A DNA stretch of 64,000 bases from Sedimentisphaerales bacterium (GCA_040772485.1 JAXGYC010000007.1:512001-576000), one strand, 5' to 3'; numbered from the stretch's first letter, positions 9,375 through 19,049 are shown. Notes: generated from the sequence alone by a model not told the origin. Numbers and translations: made by a program.

Positions 9375-10835
9375 ATGATCAAGTATAAGCACGTTCTCGC
9401 GTTGAACCCGTACTTCGCCCATACCACGGCGATCATGGGTCTGTTTCCGCCCACCGGCCTGGAGTACATCGTCGCCAGCATGAAAGACCTGGTCGGCAGA
9501 GTGACCCAGCTCGACCTTCGCTATGAGAAGGCCTACCAGGACCCGGCGGCGCTCGGCGCGTTCATCCGCCGGGACGTCGATCTCGTGTGCGTCAGCATCC
9601 GCTGGCACACGCAGTTCGAGAGAATCTGCGACTTCGTCGCCCAACTGCCCGATGAGGTCCCGATCGTCGTCGGGGGCTACGAGGCAACTCTGGAGGTCGA
9701 GCAGTTGTTTGAGCGATGCCCGAACATCGATATGGTCGTGCGCGGCGAGGGCGAGGAGATTGTCAAGCAGATCGTGACCGGCGTGCCATACGAGGAGATT
9801 CGCGGGCTTTCTTTCCGACGCAACGGCCGGATCGTCCACAACGAGAACCAAGTCCTGCCCGACCTGGCGCATATCGCCTATCCGGACCGGTCTTTGCGCC
9901 GGCATGATTACTACTGGCTGCAAGGGGGCTGTCGGCTCAGCCGGCAGACGTTCGACACGGTGCTCACCACGCGGGGCTGTCCCTTCAAGTGCAAGTTCTG
10001 TACCTTCAGTCTCAACCCGCTCGGGCAAAAGCGGGAGTACACGGAGCGGCCGATCGAATCGGTGATCGAGGAACTCAAGGGCATCACCGCCGATATTGTG
10101 CTCTTCAGCGACGACAACATGTTCACAAACCTTCAGCGCAGCGAGCGGCTTTGCGATCTGATCATCGAAAGCGGCATCAAGAAGATGTTCGTCGTTCAGG
10201 CCCGCGTCGACATCGCCAAACACCCCAGGATACTCGACAAAGCGCAGCAGGCCGGCTTCAAGATCTTCCTGATGGGGATCGAGTCGCCGCACGACCGCAT
10301 CCTGAGCCAACTGCAAAAGGGCATCACGCAGCAGGTGATTCGGGATTCGATGGCGGTCTTGACACAGTACGACTTTCTCCTGCACGGCTACTTCATCTAC
10401 GGCAATATCGGCGAGACCGAAGAAGAGATGCTCTATATCGCCAGGTTCGCCAGGGAGATCGGGCTGGACACCATCAGCTATCAGAAGCTCCGCATCGAGA
10501 AATTCTCGCCCTTGAAGGAGGTGGTCGAGAGCACGCCGGGCTATTATTACGGGCGCATCGGCGGCCACGTCTATTCCGACCGCTACGGTCGCGAAGAGCT
10601 CAAACGGATCCGCAGCCGAATCAGCCGCGAGTTCTACACCCCTCGGCAGTTGCTCCGGATCGTCAAGAAGGCCCGGCGGATTGGATTGGCTACCACACGC
10701 GACGTGGTCGTACCCCTGCTCAAGCTGCCGGCCCTCCTGGGCAGTGTGGCCATCGGCAAGGCACACAAGAAGAAGCAGCGAACCGCCGCAGGCGTCCAGG
10801 TCTCGCCAACGAACCACGCGCCGCCGGCCAAATGA
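9375..10835 (+). CDS. B12-binding radical SAM protein
   Basis: PPTGLEYIVA, IVVGG and VRGEGE cobalamin-binding motifs; TTRGCPFKCKFC CxxxCxxC motif. Confidence 0.93.
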   Translation: MIKYKHVLALNPYFAHTTAIMGLFPPTGLEYIVASMKDLVGRVTQLDLRYEKAYQDPAALGAFIRRDVDLVCVSIRWHTQFERICDFVAQLPDEVPIVVGGYEATLEVEQLFERCPNIDMVVRGEGEEIVKQIVTGVPYEEIRGLSFRRNGRIVHNENQVLPDLAHIAYPDRSLRRHDYYWLQGGCRLSRQTFDTVLTTRGCPFKCKFCTFSLNPLGQKREYTERPIESVIEELKGITADIVLFSDDNMFTNLQRSERLCDLIIESGIKKMFVVQARVDIAKHPRILDKAQQAGFKIFLMGIESPHDRILSQLQKGITQQVIRDSMAVLTQYDFLLHGYFIYGNIGETEEEMLYIARFAREIGLDTISYQKLRIEKFSPLKEVVESTPGYYYGRIGGHVYSDRYGREELKRIRSRISREFYTPRQLLRIVKKARRIGLATTRDVVVPLLKLPALLGSVAIGKAHKKKQRTAAGVQVSPTNHAPPAK

Positions 10836-10860
10836 GCGCGGACCGAGTCCGGCGGTAGCA

Positions 10861-11018
10861 GTAGAGTGGGGCTTGCCCCACCACCTCGCTGCCAGCGTTT
10901 GTATGCCCTCACGGGCACACTACGAGCGGCATCTCGTGAGCGAGCGACGAGCTACGAGCAACGAGATACGAGATTCGAGCAAAGCCTGCCCCGAGCGACG
11001 AGCGACGAGCGACGAGAT
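10861..11018. repeat. REP-like hairpins followed by a heptamer tandem tract (CGAGCGA/CGAGCTA/CGAGATA)
   Basis: gtagagtggggcttgccccacc; tatgccctcacgggcacactacga; gagcgacgagctacgagcaacgagatacgagattcgag. Confidence 0.7.
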
Positions 11019-11133
11019 GCCACCGACGGCCGTCAAAACGGTGCAGCGGCAACCACTCCGGGCTGCCGCTGCGGTCTGACCGTCTGAAGGATTGTCGTAC
11101 GACGGCCCGCGGAACGGGCCGTGGGATTCGAGA

Positions 11134-11961
11134 TTACCACCAGTGGTACGGCGCCGTGTTGTCGTTCCCACCGGGTGAGAAGCGATACTGCATCTCGGAG
11201 AAATTGCGCCATTCCTGGTGAGCATCGAGGAAGACGATATTGCTGCCTTCCGGCCGGCTGCCACGCCGCAGATGGTTCGTGCGGTCGTAAAGCTGGTGCT
11301 GGCTGAACAGGCCACCGACCACCTCGACAAAGTTGCCGTTCTCGGGATCGTTCTGCATGCTCAGCGTCGCATCGGCGATCAGCTCGACCTTGGCGGCGCC
11401 CTTATCGTTGAGTGTCTTGGCCCACTTCTTCGGCTCGGTGCCTGCCTCGTAAAGCGGAGGCTTTCCGCGCCCGACTTCGGTGTCCATCATCCAGAAATAG
11501 CTGGTCACACGATAGGTGGTCCTGCGGTTCTGAGCCGACTCATCGACGCGCTCCACCGGAGTCCCGTACGGCGGGCTTTGGCCGAACTGCCAAACGATGG
11601 ACATATCGCCGTTCTTCGACAGGTCCGCGGGACAGTAGAAAATATCCCGACTTCCGCCGGCGCTTTTGATGATGAAGTCGGTCGTGAAGTACGAGATGTC
11701 CCAGAGCCACCAGGTACCGTGATTCAGCGGCAGCTTCGCGTCATTCTCGTTGGCGTACATGTGCAGGCCCAAGGCCAGTTGCTTGAGGTTGTTGGCGCAG
11801 GTGACCTTGCGGGACTGCTCCCGGGCGCGTTGCAGCGCGGGCATCAGGATGCCCATCAGCAACGCGATGATGGCGATGACCACCAGCAGCTCGATCAGCG
11901 TAAAGGCGCCATTCCTTCTGCGCCGCCCACGGTGATTGCCTCTGACAACGTGCATCTGCAT
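11134..11961 (-). CDS. Prepilin-type N-terminal cleavage/methylation domain protein with H-x-DG-like C-terminal motif
   Basis: [25 protein letters not shown]...[28 protein letters not shown]. Confidence 0.92.
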   Translation of the reverse strand: MQMHVVRGNHRGRRRRNGAFTLIELLVVIAIIALLMGILMPALQRAREQSRKVTCANNLKQLALGLHMYANENDAKLPLNHGTWWLWDISYFTTDFIIKSAGGSRDIFYCPADLSKNGDMSIVWQFGQSPPYGTPVERVDESAQNRRTTYRVTSYFWMMDTEVGRGKPPLYEAGTEPKKWAKTLNDKGAAKVELIADATLSMQNDPENGNFVEVVGGLFSQHQLYDRTNHLRRGSRPEGSNIVFLDAHQEWRNFSEMQYRFSPGGNDNTAPYHWW

Positions 11962-12614
11962 TTTGCATCTCCTTCGCGCGCTGGTCCCACCGGACTCGGC
12001 AGCCCGCGGCGTGTCAAAAACCCCTCACGTGACAAACAAATCCCAAACTCTCTACGCACCAACCACTTGCGTGTTCGTGCAGACCTCTCGGCGCCGGGCG
12101 TTCACCCCCCCCCGGCTTCTACATTGTCGCAAATCCCGGGCCACGGGAGCAATGCACTTTTGCGTTTTTCTTTCGCCATTTTGCGCCCGTCCGCGTTCCG
12201 GCTCGGCCGCCCGGCATGGTGGATATGTACGGCGCGCGCAACGTTTGGACGATTTCTGCCCCCCGGCGGCGCATTTGGCCCGGTCGGCCCCAAAAACCCG
12301 CAATACGGCAGGCATTCCCAGAGCGGTCCCGTGCGGCGCCCGCGGCCGGGTCCGCCAATCCGAACGTCTGTCGCAGCCTTCGCCAAGCCGCCATCGCCCA
12401 CAGCAAGTTCAAAGACCGCGACCATCTCCCCAGGCTGCCCGCCGGACACCCCATCCTCTCCCCCCCGCCGACAGAGCCCGCTTCCGAAACGTCGAGACCA
12501 GGCAATTCCAACGATCGCGCCGGAATGGACGACAGGCGGCGTGATATGCGGCGCGCCACACGCAATACAGGACTGGAATCAGCAAGGCGTCCCCGCAATT
12601 CTCAACCCGCCACC

Positions 12615-12655
12615 GGCCTACAGCCTACAGGCTACAGTCTACAGGCTACGGTCTG
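12615..12655. repeat. Heptamer tandem repeat (CTACAGN)
   Basis: ctacagc ctacagg ctacagt ctacagg ctacggt, running into the HNH-AP2 stop. Confidence 0.7.
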
Positions 12656-13386
12656 CGGCCTGCCTCCTCGGGGAAGTTGAGCACCGCGAACTCGCCGGCC
12701 AGCTCGTACGCCTTGCGGTCGCGGGCCTTGGCCGCCTCGACCTCCTCATCGAACAGGCCCAGGTACATCGGCTTGCCGTCGTGCTGGATCGCGGCCTGCC
12801 ACTTTTCGCCGCGCGGGAAGACGCCGCGGAACTGCGACTTGCCAGGCTTGCGTCTGTGGCTGTTCTGCGAGTTCTGAAGCTGCGTGCAGATCCGCAGGTT
12901 GCACCGCCGGTTGTCCAGACCGTTGCCGTTGATGTGATCGACCACCATCCCCTTGGGCGGCTTCATGATCTGGCGGTGCATCGATATGGCTCGTCCTTTG
13001 TGTGTCCGGCAGGCATAGAACGTACCGCAGCGGTCGGTGCGCTGGGCGTACCACTTGTACTTCGCCAGCGCTGGGTAGTCCGCCGCATCGACGATCGCGT
13101 GCTTGGCCCGTGTCAGACTGATGTAGCGGATCGCCGGGTCCGACGACTCGCGCGGCGCCGCCCACACCGTCGGCGCCCGCCGCGCCCGAAAGTTGGGGCA
13201 CACGCTACAGGTGGTCACCTCGCTGATCTCGCCATCGGCCCCCGCCTTGTGAAAGCAGACCAGCAGCCCCGGCCACCGCGTCAGAATCACTCGCAGCCAC
13301 CGCGTCCGCAGCCGCTCGCCGAACACGCAATTCGCGCAACACCGCTGACGTCTCGCCTTCGCTTCCGCCTCATCTCGCTCGTTCAT
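12646..13386 (-). CDS. HNH endonuclease with C-terminal AP2 DNA-binding domain and Cys-rich N-terminus
   Basis: MHRQIM...VDHINGNGLDNRRCNLRICT..QN..N (HNH); SQFRGV...WQAAI...YLGLFDEEVEAAKARDRKA..LAGEFAVLNF (AP2). Confidence 0.92.
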   Translation of the reverse strand: MNERDEAEAKARRQRCCANCVFGERLRTRWLRVILTRWPGLLVCFHKAGADGEISEVTTCSVCPNFRARRAPTVWAAPRESSDPAIRYISLTRAKHAIVDAADYPALAKYKWYAQRTDRCGTFYACRTHKGRAISMHRQIMKPPKGMVVDHINGNGLDNRRCNLRICTQLQNSQNSHRRKPGKSQFRGVFPRGEKWQAAIQHDGKPMYLGLFDEEVEAAKARDRKAYELAGEFAVLNFPEEAGRRP

Positions 13387-13802
13387 TCGATCCTCCAGTC
13401 TTGTCGCTCGTGACTCGTTGCCACGACGTAGAAGCGTAAATGCGTGGGTGCGTAGATGCGTTTTTCAGTTCCTGAAGTCGCCCTGGTGCCGCTCTTACTC
13501 ATCTCAGCTTCTACCCATCCACGCTTCTACTGTTTCATCTCGTGCCTCGCCGCCCACCTCCTCTCCGACGCATCTGCCCTGACTCTCATCCCCGCCTCAG
13601 GCACGCGCCCGAGGCCACAACCCCATCCTATCCGAATATGGTCAAACGATCAACAAAATACCACAAAAAACTCATCCCCGTAACCCCAGTCTGCAAAAAG
13701 ATTAACGACAAGACCCAAGAAATCCGTGGGGTGGGGCTTGGCCCACCATTTCCTCTGGGGTTGTTTGGAGACGTGTCCGGACCGAGGGGTTGGCCAGATG
13801 TG

Positions 13803-13832
13803 TTGCAGTCGAGCCCCCTGTTGCGGTATCAT
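13803..13832 (+). promoter_or_regulatory. Sigma70-like promoter TTGCAG-18bp-TATCAT, homologous to that at 30082
   Basis: About 70 bp of upstream sequence is conserved between the two paralogous loci and includes both boxes. Confidence 0.6.
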
Positions 13833-13978
13833 TGACAGTGTGGCGTGCAGGATCACCGATTGTGAGGTTAAATGGCAAATCCCGGTTAATTGGTTGTTTT
13901 GTTTGAGACAGTGGTGCTTTCGTATGCGGCCAAAGCACGGAAATTGCTCCTTGAACCTTTTTCAGGAGGAGAAGAGTC

Positions 13979-16255
13979 ATGTGTAGTAGAGGACAAGTTC
14001 TTTCGGTGTTGTGCTGTCTGGTGGTCGGGATAGTGGTTCCAGTGTGTGCGGATCCGGCGTGGGAGTACATCTATGAGGCAGATACACTGCCTGATGATAT
14101 CTCACTGGGCGATGACGCGTGGCAGCTTGTGGGGGACAATCAATTCGCGGAAGTCACTGACCAGGGTGAACTTCATATTAATGATGTAGGACAGAATCAC
14201 TGCTTCTTCCTGTACAACATAGAGGACGCCGCCCTGATGGAAGAAGCGACTATCGAGGCGCGTGTCAAAGTGCTTTCGCAGTCCGGGTCGGCGAGTTTTG
14301 AGGTGCTGTTCGGGATGCAAGATGGGAGCAACTCGAAGTGGCTCGATCTGTTCCCTGACCACATTCTGCTGGATAGCAGCACCGTTACTTATGATGTTGA
14401 TATGACAGAGTATCACATTCTAAGGATGGTGAGAAATGGCGCAGAGATTCGCATCTACGTGGATGATGAAGAGGTGATGCGCGAAGCGCACGTGGGGGCT
14501 GGCGAAGGCTGGATTGGCTTCATCTTCGGTGCCGGGTGCACCTCATGCACAAGCGAACAATTCTGGGATTATCTGGCGTTTACGACGGAAGGCGGTTTCT
14601 CACCGCAAGAGCTTCCCAGTTATGCCTCTATGCGCCGCCCAGCGGAACTGGCGGGCGATCCCAGTCCAGGCAATGACGCCAATGATGTGCCGCGTGATGT
14701 CACCCTAAGTTGGACGCCGGGTGAGTTCGCTGTGACACACGATGTGTACTTGGGCACCTCGTTTGAGGCCGTAGATAGTGCGACGCCGGGCATGCTTGTA
14801 AGTCAAGGTCAGGCCGACAGACAATATGCGCCGGAGACCGTCCTTGAATTCGGCCAGACGTACTACTGGCGTGTCGACGAAGTCAACGGTGCGCCGGACA
14901 ACACGATCTTCAAGGGCGAGGTCTGGAGCTTCACGGTCGAACCGTTCGCCTATCCCATCGCGAACGTCGCCGCGACCAGCAACGGGGCCTCCGATGCGGT
15001 GTCCACGCCGCAACGCACGGTGGATGGCTCGGGTATCAACGCCGACGATCAAGCTTCGGTCAAAGCCGCCGACATGTGGCTGGCCTACCCGCCGGCCGAG
15101 GGGACCCTCTATATCCAGTACGAGTTCGACTCTCTTTACAGGCTCCACGAGATGCTCGTCTGGAACTACAACGTCCTGTTCGAGCCGATGCTCGGGTTCG
15201 GGCTTAAGGATGTCACGGTGGAGTATTCCGATAACGGGACCGACTGGACGGCGCTGGGCGACTTCGAGTTCGCCAGGGCGACGGCGACTGCCACGTATAC
15301 CGCGAACACGACCGTCAGTTTCGGCGGCGTAGCGGCCAGGTACGTTCGCCTGAACGTCGACAGCGGATGGGGCATGATGGGCCAGTTCGGGCTTAGCGAA
15401 GTCCGGTTCCTGTATATTCCGGCGCGGGCCCGCGAGCCGCAGCCGGCCGATGGGGCCACCGACGTGGAAATCGGCACGGCCCTGGCGTGGCGAAGCGGCC
15501 GCAACGCTGCCTCGCACGAGGTGCATCTGGGCACGGACCCGGCGGCCCTGACGTTGGCCGGCACGGTCGACAGCCCGACGTTTGCGCCCGAGGGCATCGA
15601 GTTCGGGAGCACCTACTACTGGCAGATCGTGGAAGTCAACGAAGCGGATGCGGTGACCGCATGGCCCGGCGATGTCTGGAGCTTCTCGACGCAGGAGTAC
15701 GTCCTGATCGACGGATTCGAGACGTACGACGACAACCTCGACGCCAAGACGACGATCTTCGACACCTGGCTGGATGGCTGGGTCAACGAGACGGGTTCGA
15801 CCGTTGGATACGTCGACGCCCCATTCGCCGAGAGGAGCATCGTTTACAGCGGTCGGCAGTCGATGCCGCTGACGTATGACAACTCGGTTTCGCCATTCTA
15901 CTCCGAGGCCGAGTTCGACCTTGGCGGTACGGACCTGATGACCGGTGGGGCCGTCTCCCTGAGGTTGTTCTTCCACGGTGATGCGGCGAACGTCGCCGAA
16001 ACGCTGTACGTGGCGATTGAGGATAGCACCGGCAAGGTTGGTGTCGCAGCGCATCCGGACCCGGATGCGGCCCTCGCCGACTCCTGGCAGGAGTGGGTGA
16101 TTCCGTACAGCGAATTGACGGCCGGCGGTGTGAATCTGAGTCGCGCCGCCATGATCTACATCGGACTCGGCGATCGGAACAACCCGACAGCCGGTGGTAC
16201 GGGAATCGTATTCATCGACGACGTCGGGTTCGGCACGGCACGGTCTGGTATCTGA
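13979..16255 (+). CDS. Secreted multidomain protein with discoidin/F5-8-type domain and conserved C-terminal module (paralog A)
   Basis: Signal peptide; RBS aggaggag; LSWTPG..A.THDVYLGT...YYWRVDEVN repeats; ARYVRL...GLSEVRF discoidin motif. Confidence 0.9.
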   Translation: MCSRGQVLSVLCCLVVGIVVPVCADPAWEYIYEADTLPDDISLGDDAWQLVGDNQFAEVTDQGELHINDVGQNHCFFLYNIEDAALMEEATIEARVKVLSQSGSASFEVLFGMQDGSNSKWLDLFPDHILLDSSTVTYDVDMTEYHILRMVRNGAEIRIYVDDEEVMREAHVGAGEGWIGFIFGAGCTSCTSEQFWDYLAFTTEGGFSPQELPSYASMRRPAELAGDPSPGNDANDVPRDVTLSWTPGEFAVTHDVYLGTSFEAVDSATPGMLVSQGQADRQYAPETVLEFGQTYYWRVDEVNGAPDNTIFKGEVWSFTVEPFAYPIANVAATSNGASDAVSTPQRTVDGSGINADDQASVKAADMWLAYPPAEGTLYIQYEFDSLYRLHEMLVWNYNVLFEPMLGFGLKDVTVEYSDNGTDWTALGDFEFARATATATYTANTTVSFGGVAARYVRLNVDSGWGMMGQFGLSEVRFLYIPARAREPQPADGATDVEIGTALAWRSGRNAASHEVHLGTDPAALTLAGTVDSPTFAPEGIEFGSTYYWQIVEVNEADAVTAWPGDVWSFSTQEYVLIDGFETYDDNLDAKTTIFDTWLDGWVNETGSTVGYVDAPFAERSIVYSGRQSMPLTYDNSVSPFYSEAEFDLGGTDLMTGGAVSLRLFFHGDAANVAETLYVAIEDSTGKVGVAAHPDPDAALADSWQEWVIPYSELTAGGVNLSRAAMIYIGLGDRNNPTAGGTGIVFIDDVGFGTARSGI

Positions 16256-16273
16256 TGGAACGCCGCTAAACAG
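14903..16273 (+). repeat. Long direct repeat copy 1 (near-identical to 31059-32429, offset 16156)
   Basis: Long stretches match base for base and continue past the stop codon (tgatggaacgccgct-a/g-aacag). Confidence 0.92.
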
Positions 16274-16416
16274 CTATTCGCCGAAGTCGGGCGTGTTGAA
16301 TCTGGCGGCATTCTTGAAGGGTGCCGGGCCGCCGTGGAAGCCCTCGCGAACGTAGCGATGGTACGTCGACCGCGGCGTGTTTGAGTGGGTTGAAGTGAGT
16401 GTAATCGATATGGCGT
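16274..16416 (-). pseudogene. REP-associated tyrosine transposase (RAYT) C-terminal remnant
   Basis: RHIDYTHFNPLKH then, after a frameshift/deletion, PRSTYHRYVREG...DFGE*. Matches the RAYT C-terminus pattern HIDYIHYNPVKHG...WPWSSFHRYV..G...FGE. Confidence 0.75.
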
Positions 16417-16490
16417 TGGAGGACGAGGTATTGCAGGCCGTGGTCGGCGCAGAATTGGCGTTTTTCCGGCTTGTCGCCCTCCTCGTTGAC
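16414..16490 (-). pseudogene. Cytidylyl/adenylyltransferase-family 3' fragment, copy 1
   Basis: VNEEGDKPEKRQFCADHGLQYLVLQR; homologous to 18851-18969. Confidence 0.55.
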
Positions 16491-16576
16491 GGGGGTAGGG
16501 TTGGAGGTGCAACTTCCCATTGCTCGGGGAGTCTGTCTGAGCATCGCGCTACACGCCGTACCACTGGCCTGTGACC

Positions 16577-18762
16577 GGTACCTGCACTTCGCAGGTAGCG
16601 CACTTGGCCACTCGTCCGCCGTCGAGTCCTTGCCTCTTGCACTTGCGTTGTTGCTGGGCCGTTCGTGCCACGGTGCAATGATCCCGTGCTGGACTGCTCC
16701 GCTACCTGCGAATCGCAGGTAGCGCATGGAGGATGGCACGCCTTGACGTGAGGTGCTGCTGTCCTTTGGGCAAGGCTGCCGATCTCGAGACGCAATGGCA
16801 ATGGGAGGCGGCACTCCGGCATCTGCGAATCGCAGCTACTGCACCCGGTTGCGTGGCGTGGATGCGGTGCTTCTCTCCGCGCGAGAGCGCCATTGCCTCC
16901 ACGCAGAATGGGACACGGGTGTATTCCACTACCTGCGAATCGCAGGTAGCGCTGCGTGACCGTGCGATGAGATGGGTGTGCGGTGCACACTCTGCCGACG
17001 CTATGCCCTCACGGGCACACTACGAACGGACAGCCGCATTGCCCGGCCGTGTCCACCACCTGCGATTCGCAGGTGCCGCTTTCGGCTCGGGCGGGGAAGA
17101 ATTCGGTCGTACACGCCGTGCCACTTGCCTTCGACTGTATTACTGTCCCCCGTTCGAGACCTCGTGTGTGCATCTGACCGCTACCTGCGAATCGCAGGTA
17201 GCGCGCTCGGGGCTGCGTGCGTAGGATGCGCTGGTACGCCTGGTGGCTGCTATGGGAGAGCGCCACAACGCCCTGGTGGAACCCAGGCTGCCTGGCTACG
17301 ACCAGTACCTGCGATTCGCAGGTACCGTGGCCGCTGTTTCTCGGCGGAGGTGGTATGGCGGATTCCCAACCAAGCAGGTGGCGTTCGGACGCGCAAAGCT
17401 ATCTGGCATTGGCGATGGAGTCGAGCTGCCGCTTCAGCGCAAGCCAGTGGGTATTCATCTGGGCGAGCGTCTCGCATCCGGCGGCCGTCAGGTCGTGGTA
17501 CTTCCTGCGTGGACCCTCGACGGACTTGACCTCCACCGACTTGATGAGGCGTTCCTTCTTCAGCCGGGACAGGATACCGTAGATCCGGCCATGGCCGAGC
17601 AGCAGCCCGCAAGACTTGCAGAAGTCACGCTCCATATCGTACGCGTACCGACCGTACCGCTGGATGTCGTTGAGGACCGCCAGTTCGAGCAGGCCCTTGC
17701 GCATCTGCCTTGTCCAGTTCCCAAGAAACCGAGCATTCATGAGTCCTCTCCTCCTCCAAGTCTCGTTGATCCGGTACCTGCGATTCGCCGCTACCGGACG
17801 CTATACGTGCTTATTGTACCCGGAATGTCCGCCCGATGCGAGCGAGATATGCAGTCAGCAGAAGTGGATTGTGACAGCGTACCTGTAAGGATCGTGTGAT
17901 GCGCGCCTTCCGTGACGTGCAGATGCCGTCTTCCGGCCAACACTCGGGCCCGTCTCTTGCGCTACCTGCGAATCGCAGGTAGCACACTTCGACAGTCTGT
18001 CCGGTTCGTGGTGACGGTCCCAACGATCGTGGGGCTTTCTGAAAGGCCCCAGTTGCTGTCGTTGTCGACCGATTTGGATCACCCGCGAAGATGGCCCAGG
18101 ACCGCCAGCCACGTGTCATGGAACAGTCACGGCTCCTGTAACACGTAGCTCCGGTCCCCGGTCGAAATCCGCCTGTTTGGCGACCGCTGCCTGCGAATCG
18201 CAGGTAGCGCACTTCGACAACCTGTCCCGTTCGCAGTGACCGTTCCAATGATTGCGGGACTTCTCAAAAACGCCCCACCTGTTGTAGCTCTCGAGCGATT
18301 TCGGTCGCAGGCAAAGGTGGCCCAAAGCCACCCACCGCTCCCCGTGGGACAGTTGCGGGTCATGCCGCACGCAGCTCCGGCCTCCGCTCGAAATCGGGCT
18401 GCCTGGGGGTGACCGGTACCTGCGATTTGCAGGTAGCCCGCCGAGCTTGCTGACACATCAGACAGTTGCAGCCGCGCTGCCTGGTCGCAGCCAGTACCTG
18501 CGAATCGCAGATACTACACAGAGAAGTCGACACGCACAGCGAAACAACCGCTGAGACGCGGCGATGCCTGCGATGGCGTTCAAGCACACCATGCTGCAAC
18601 TGACGAACAGCTCACAACCACTACCTGCGAATCGCAGGTAGCGCAGCGAGGGATTCTGGAAACAACACGATCCAAGACGTTGCTGCCGCAGTCGTATGGG
18701 TCCTCACGCTCGTCACGTGCCAGCGCCCCGAGCATGACCGGTACCTGCGATTCGCAGCTACT
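16577..18762. repeat. Array of 14 copies of a 23-bp palindrome, consensus GSTACCTGCGAWTCGCAGGTASC
   Basis: Copies start at 16577, 16701, 16818, 16928, 17055, 17180, 17304, 17773, 17961, 18186, 18415, 18493, 18620, 18740; those at 16701, 17180 and 17961 are perfect palindromes. Confidence 0.95.
17399..17740 (-). CDS. PadR-family transcriptional regulator
   Basis: QMRKGLLELAVL...YAYDM...GRIYGILSRLKKERLI...EGPRRKYHDLTAAG winged HTH; strong RBS ggaggagagga. Confidence 0.9.
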   Translation of the reverse strand: MNARFLGNWTRQMRKGLLELAVLNDIQRYGRYAYDMERDFCKSCGLLLGHGRIYGILSRLKKERLIKSVEVKSVEGPRRKYHDLTAAGCETLAQMNTHWLALKRQLDSIANAR

Positions 18763-18850
18763 CGACGGGACCTCGTCGGCCGTGCACAGTGGATGGCGCC
18801 GTTGTACCGTGGACATGGGGCGGGTACGAGGCGGGGAGCCATCGGGCAGA

Positions 18851-18969
18851 TCGGAAGCCACGGAGGTGGGTGCTCTGGCGCGGGGCAGCACGGGTGTGGG
18901 GAGGCGCTTCAAGACGACGCATTGCAGGTCGTGGTCGGCGCAGAACTGGCGTTTCTCGGGCTTGTCGCC
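18851..18969 (-). pseudogene. Cytidylyl/adenylyltransferase-family 3' fragment, copy 2
   Basis: GDKPEKRQFCADHDLQCVVLKRLPTPVLP, then after a frameshift RQSTHLRGF, resembling the C-terminal LP.R.ST.LR motif of this family. Confidence 0.6.
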
Positions 18970-19049
18970 GGCGGTTTCGGTCTCACGACGGGAGTGGATG
19001 TGTGGTGTGATCCAGTGGTCAGCAAGTGGGAGCACCGCTGGAGTTGTGT

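Noticed and set aside
11962..12614. Long intergenic region as ncRNA or riboswitch
   Set aside because: No recognisable conserved motif or convincing structure by eye; an Rfam/Infernal scan would be needed.
11218..13413. 731-aa plus-strand ORF
   Set aside because: Antisense to two recognisable genes and the intergenic DNA between them; no motifs.
17875..17892. Partial motif gtacctgtaagg as an additional array copy
   Set aside because: Only a 7-bp half-site matches; not counted.
16577..18762. Calling the palindrome array a CRISPR
   Set aside because: Spacers are ~55-205 bp and irregular, several are related to each other, repeats are degenerate, a gene lies inside the array, and there are no cas genes in the window.
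16266..18842. ORFs across the array with recurring YLRFAGS / TCDSQV peptides as repeat proteins
   Set aside because: The peptides switch frame and strand between copies and are just translations of the palindrome; there is no consistent coding signal apart from PadR.
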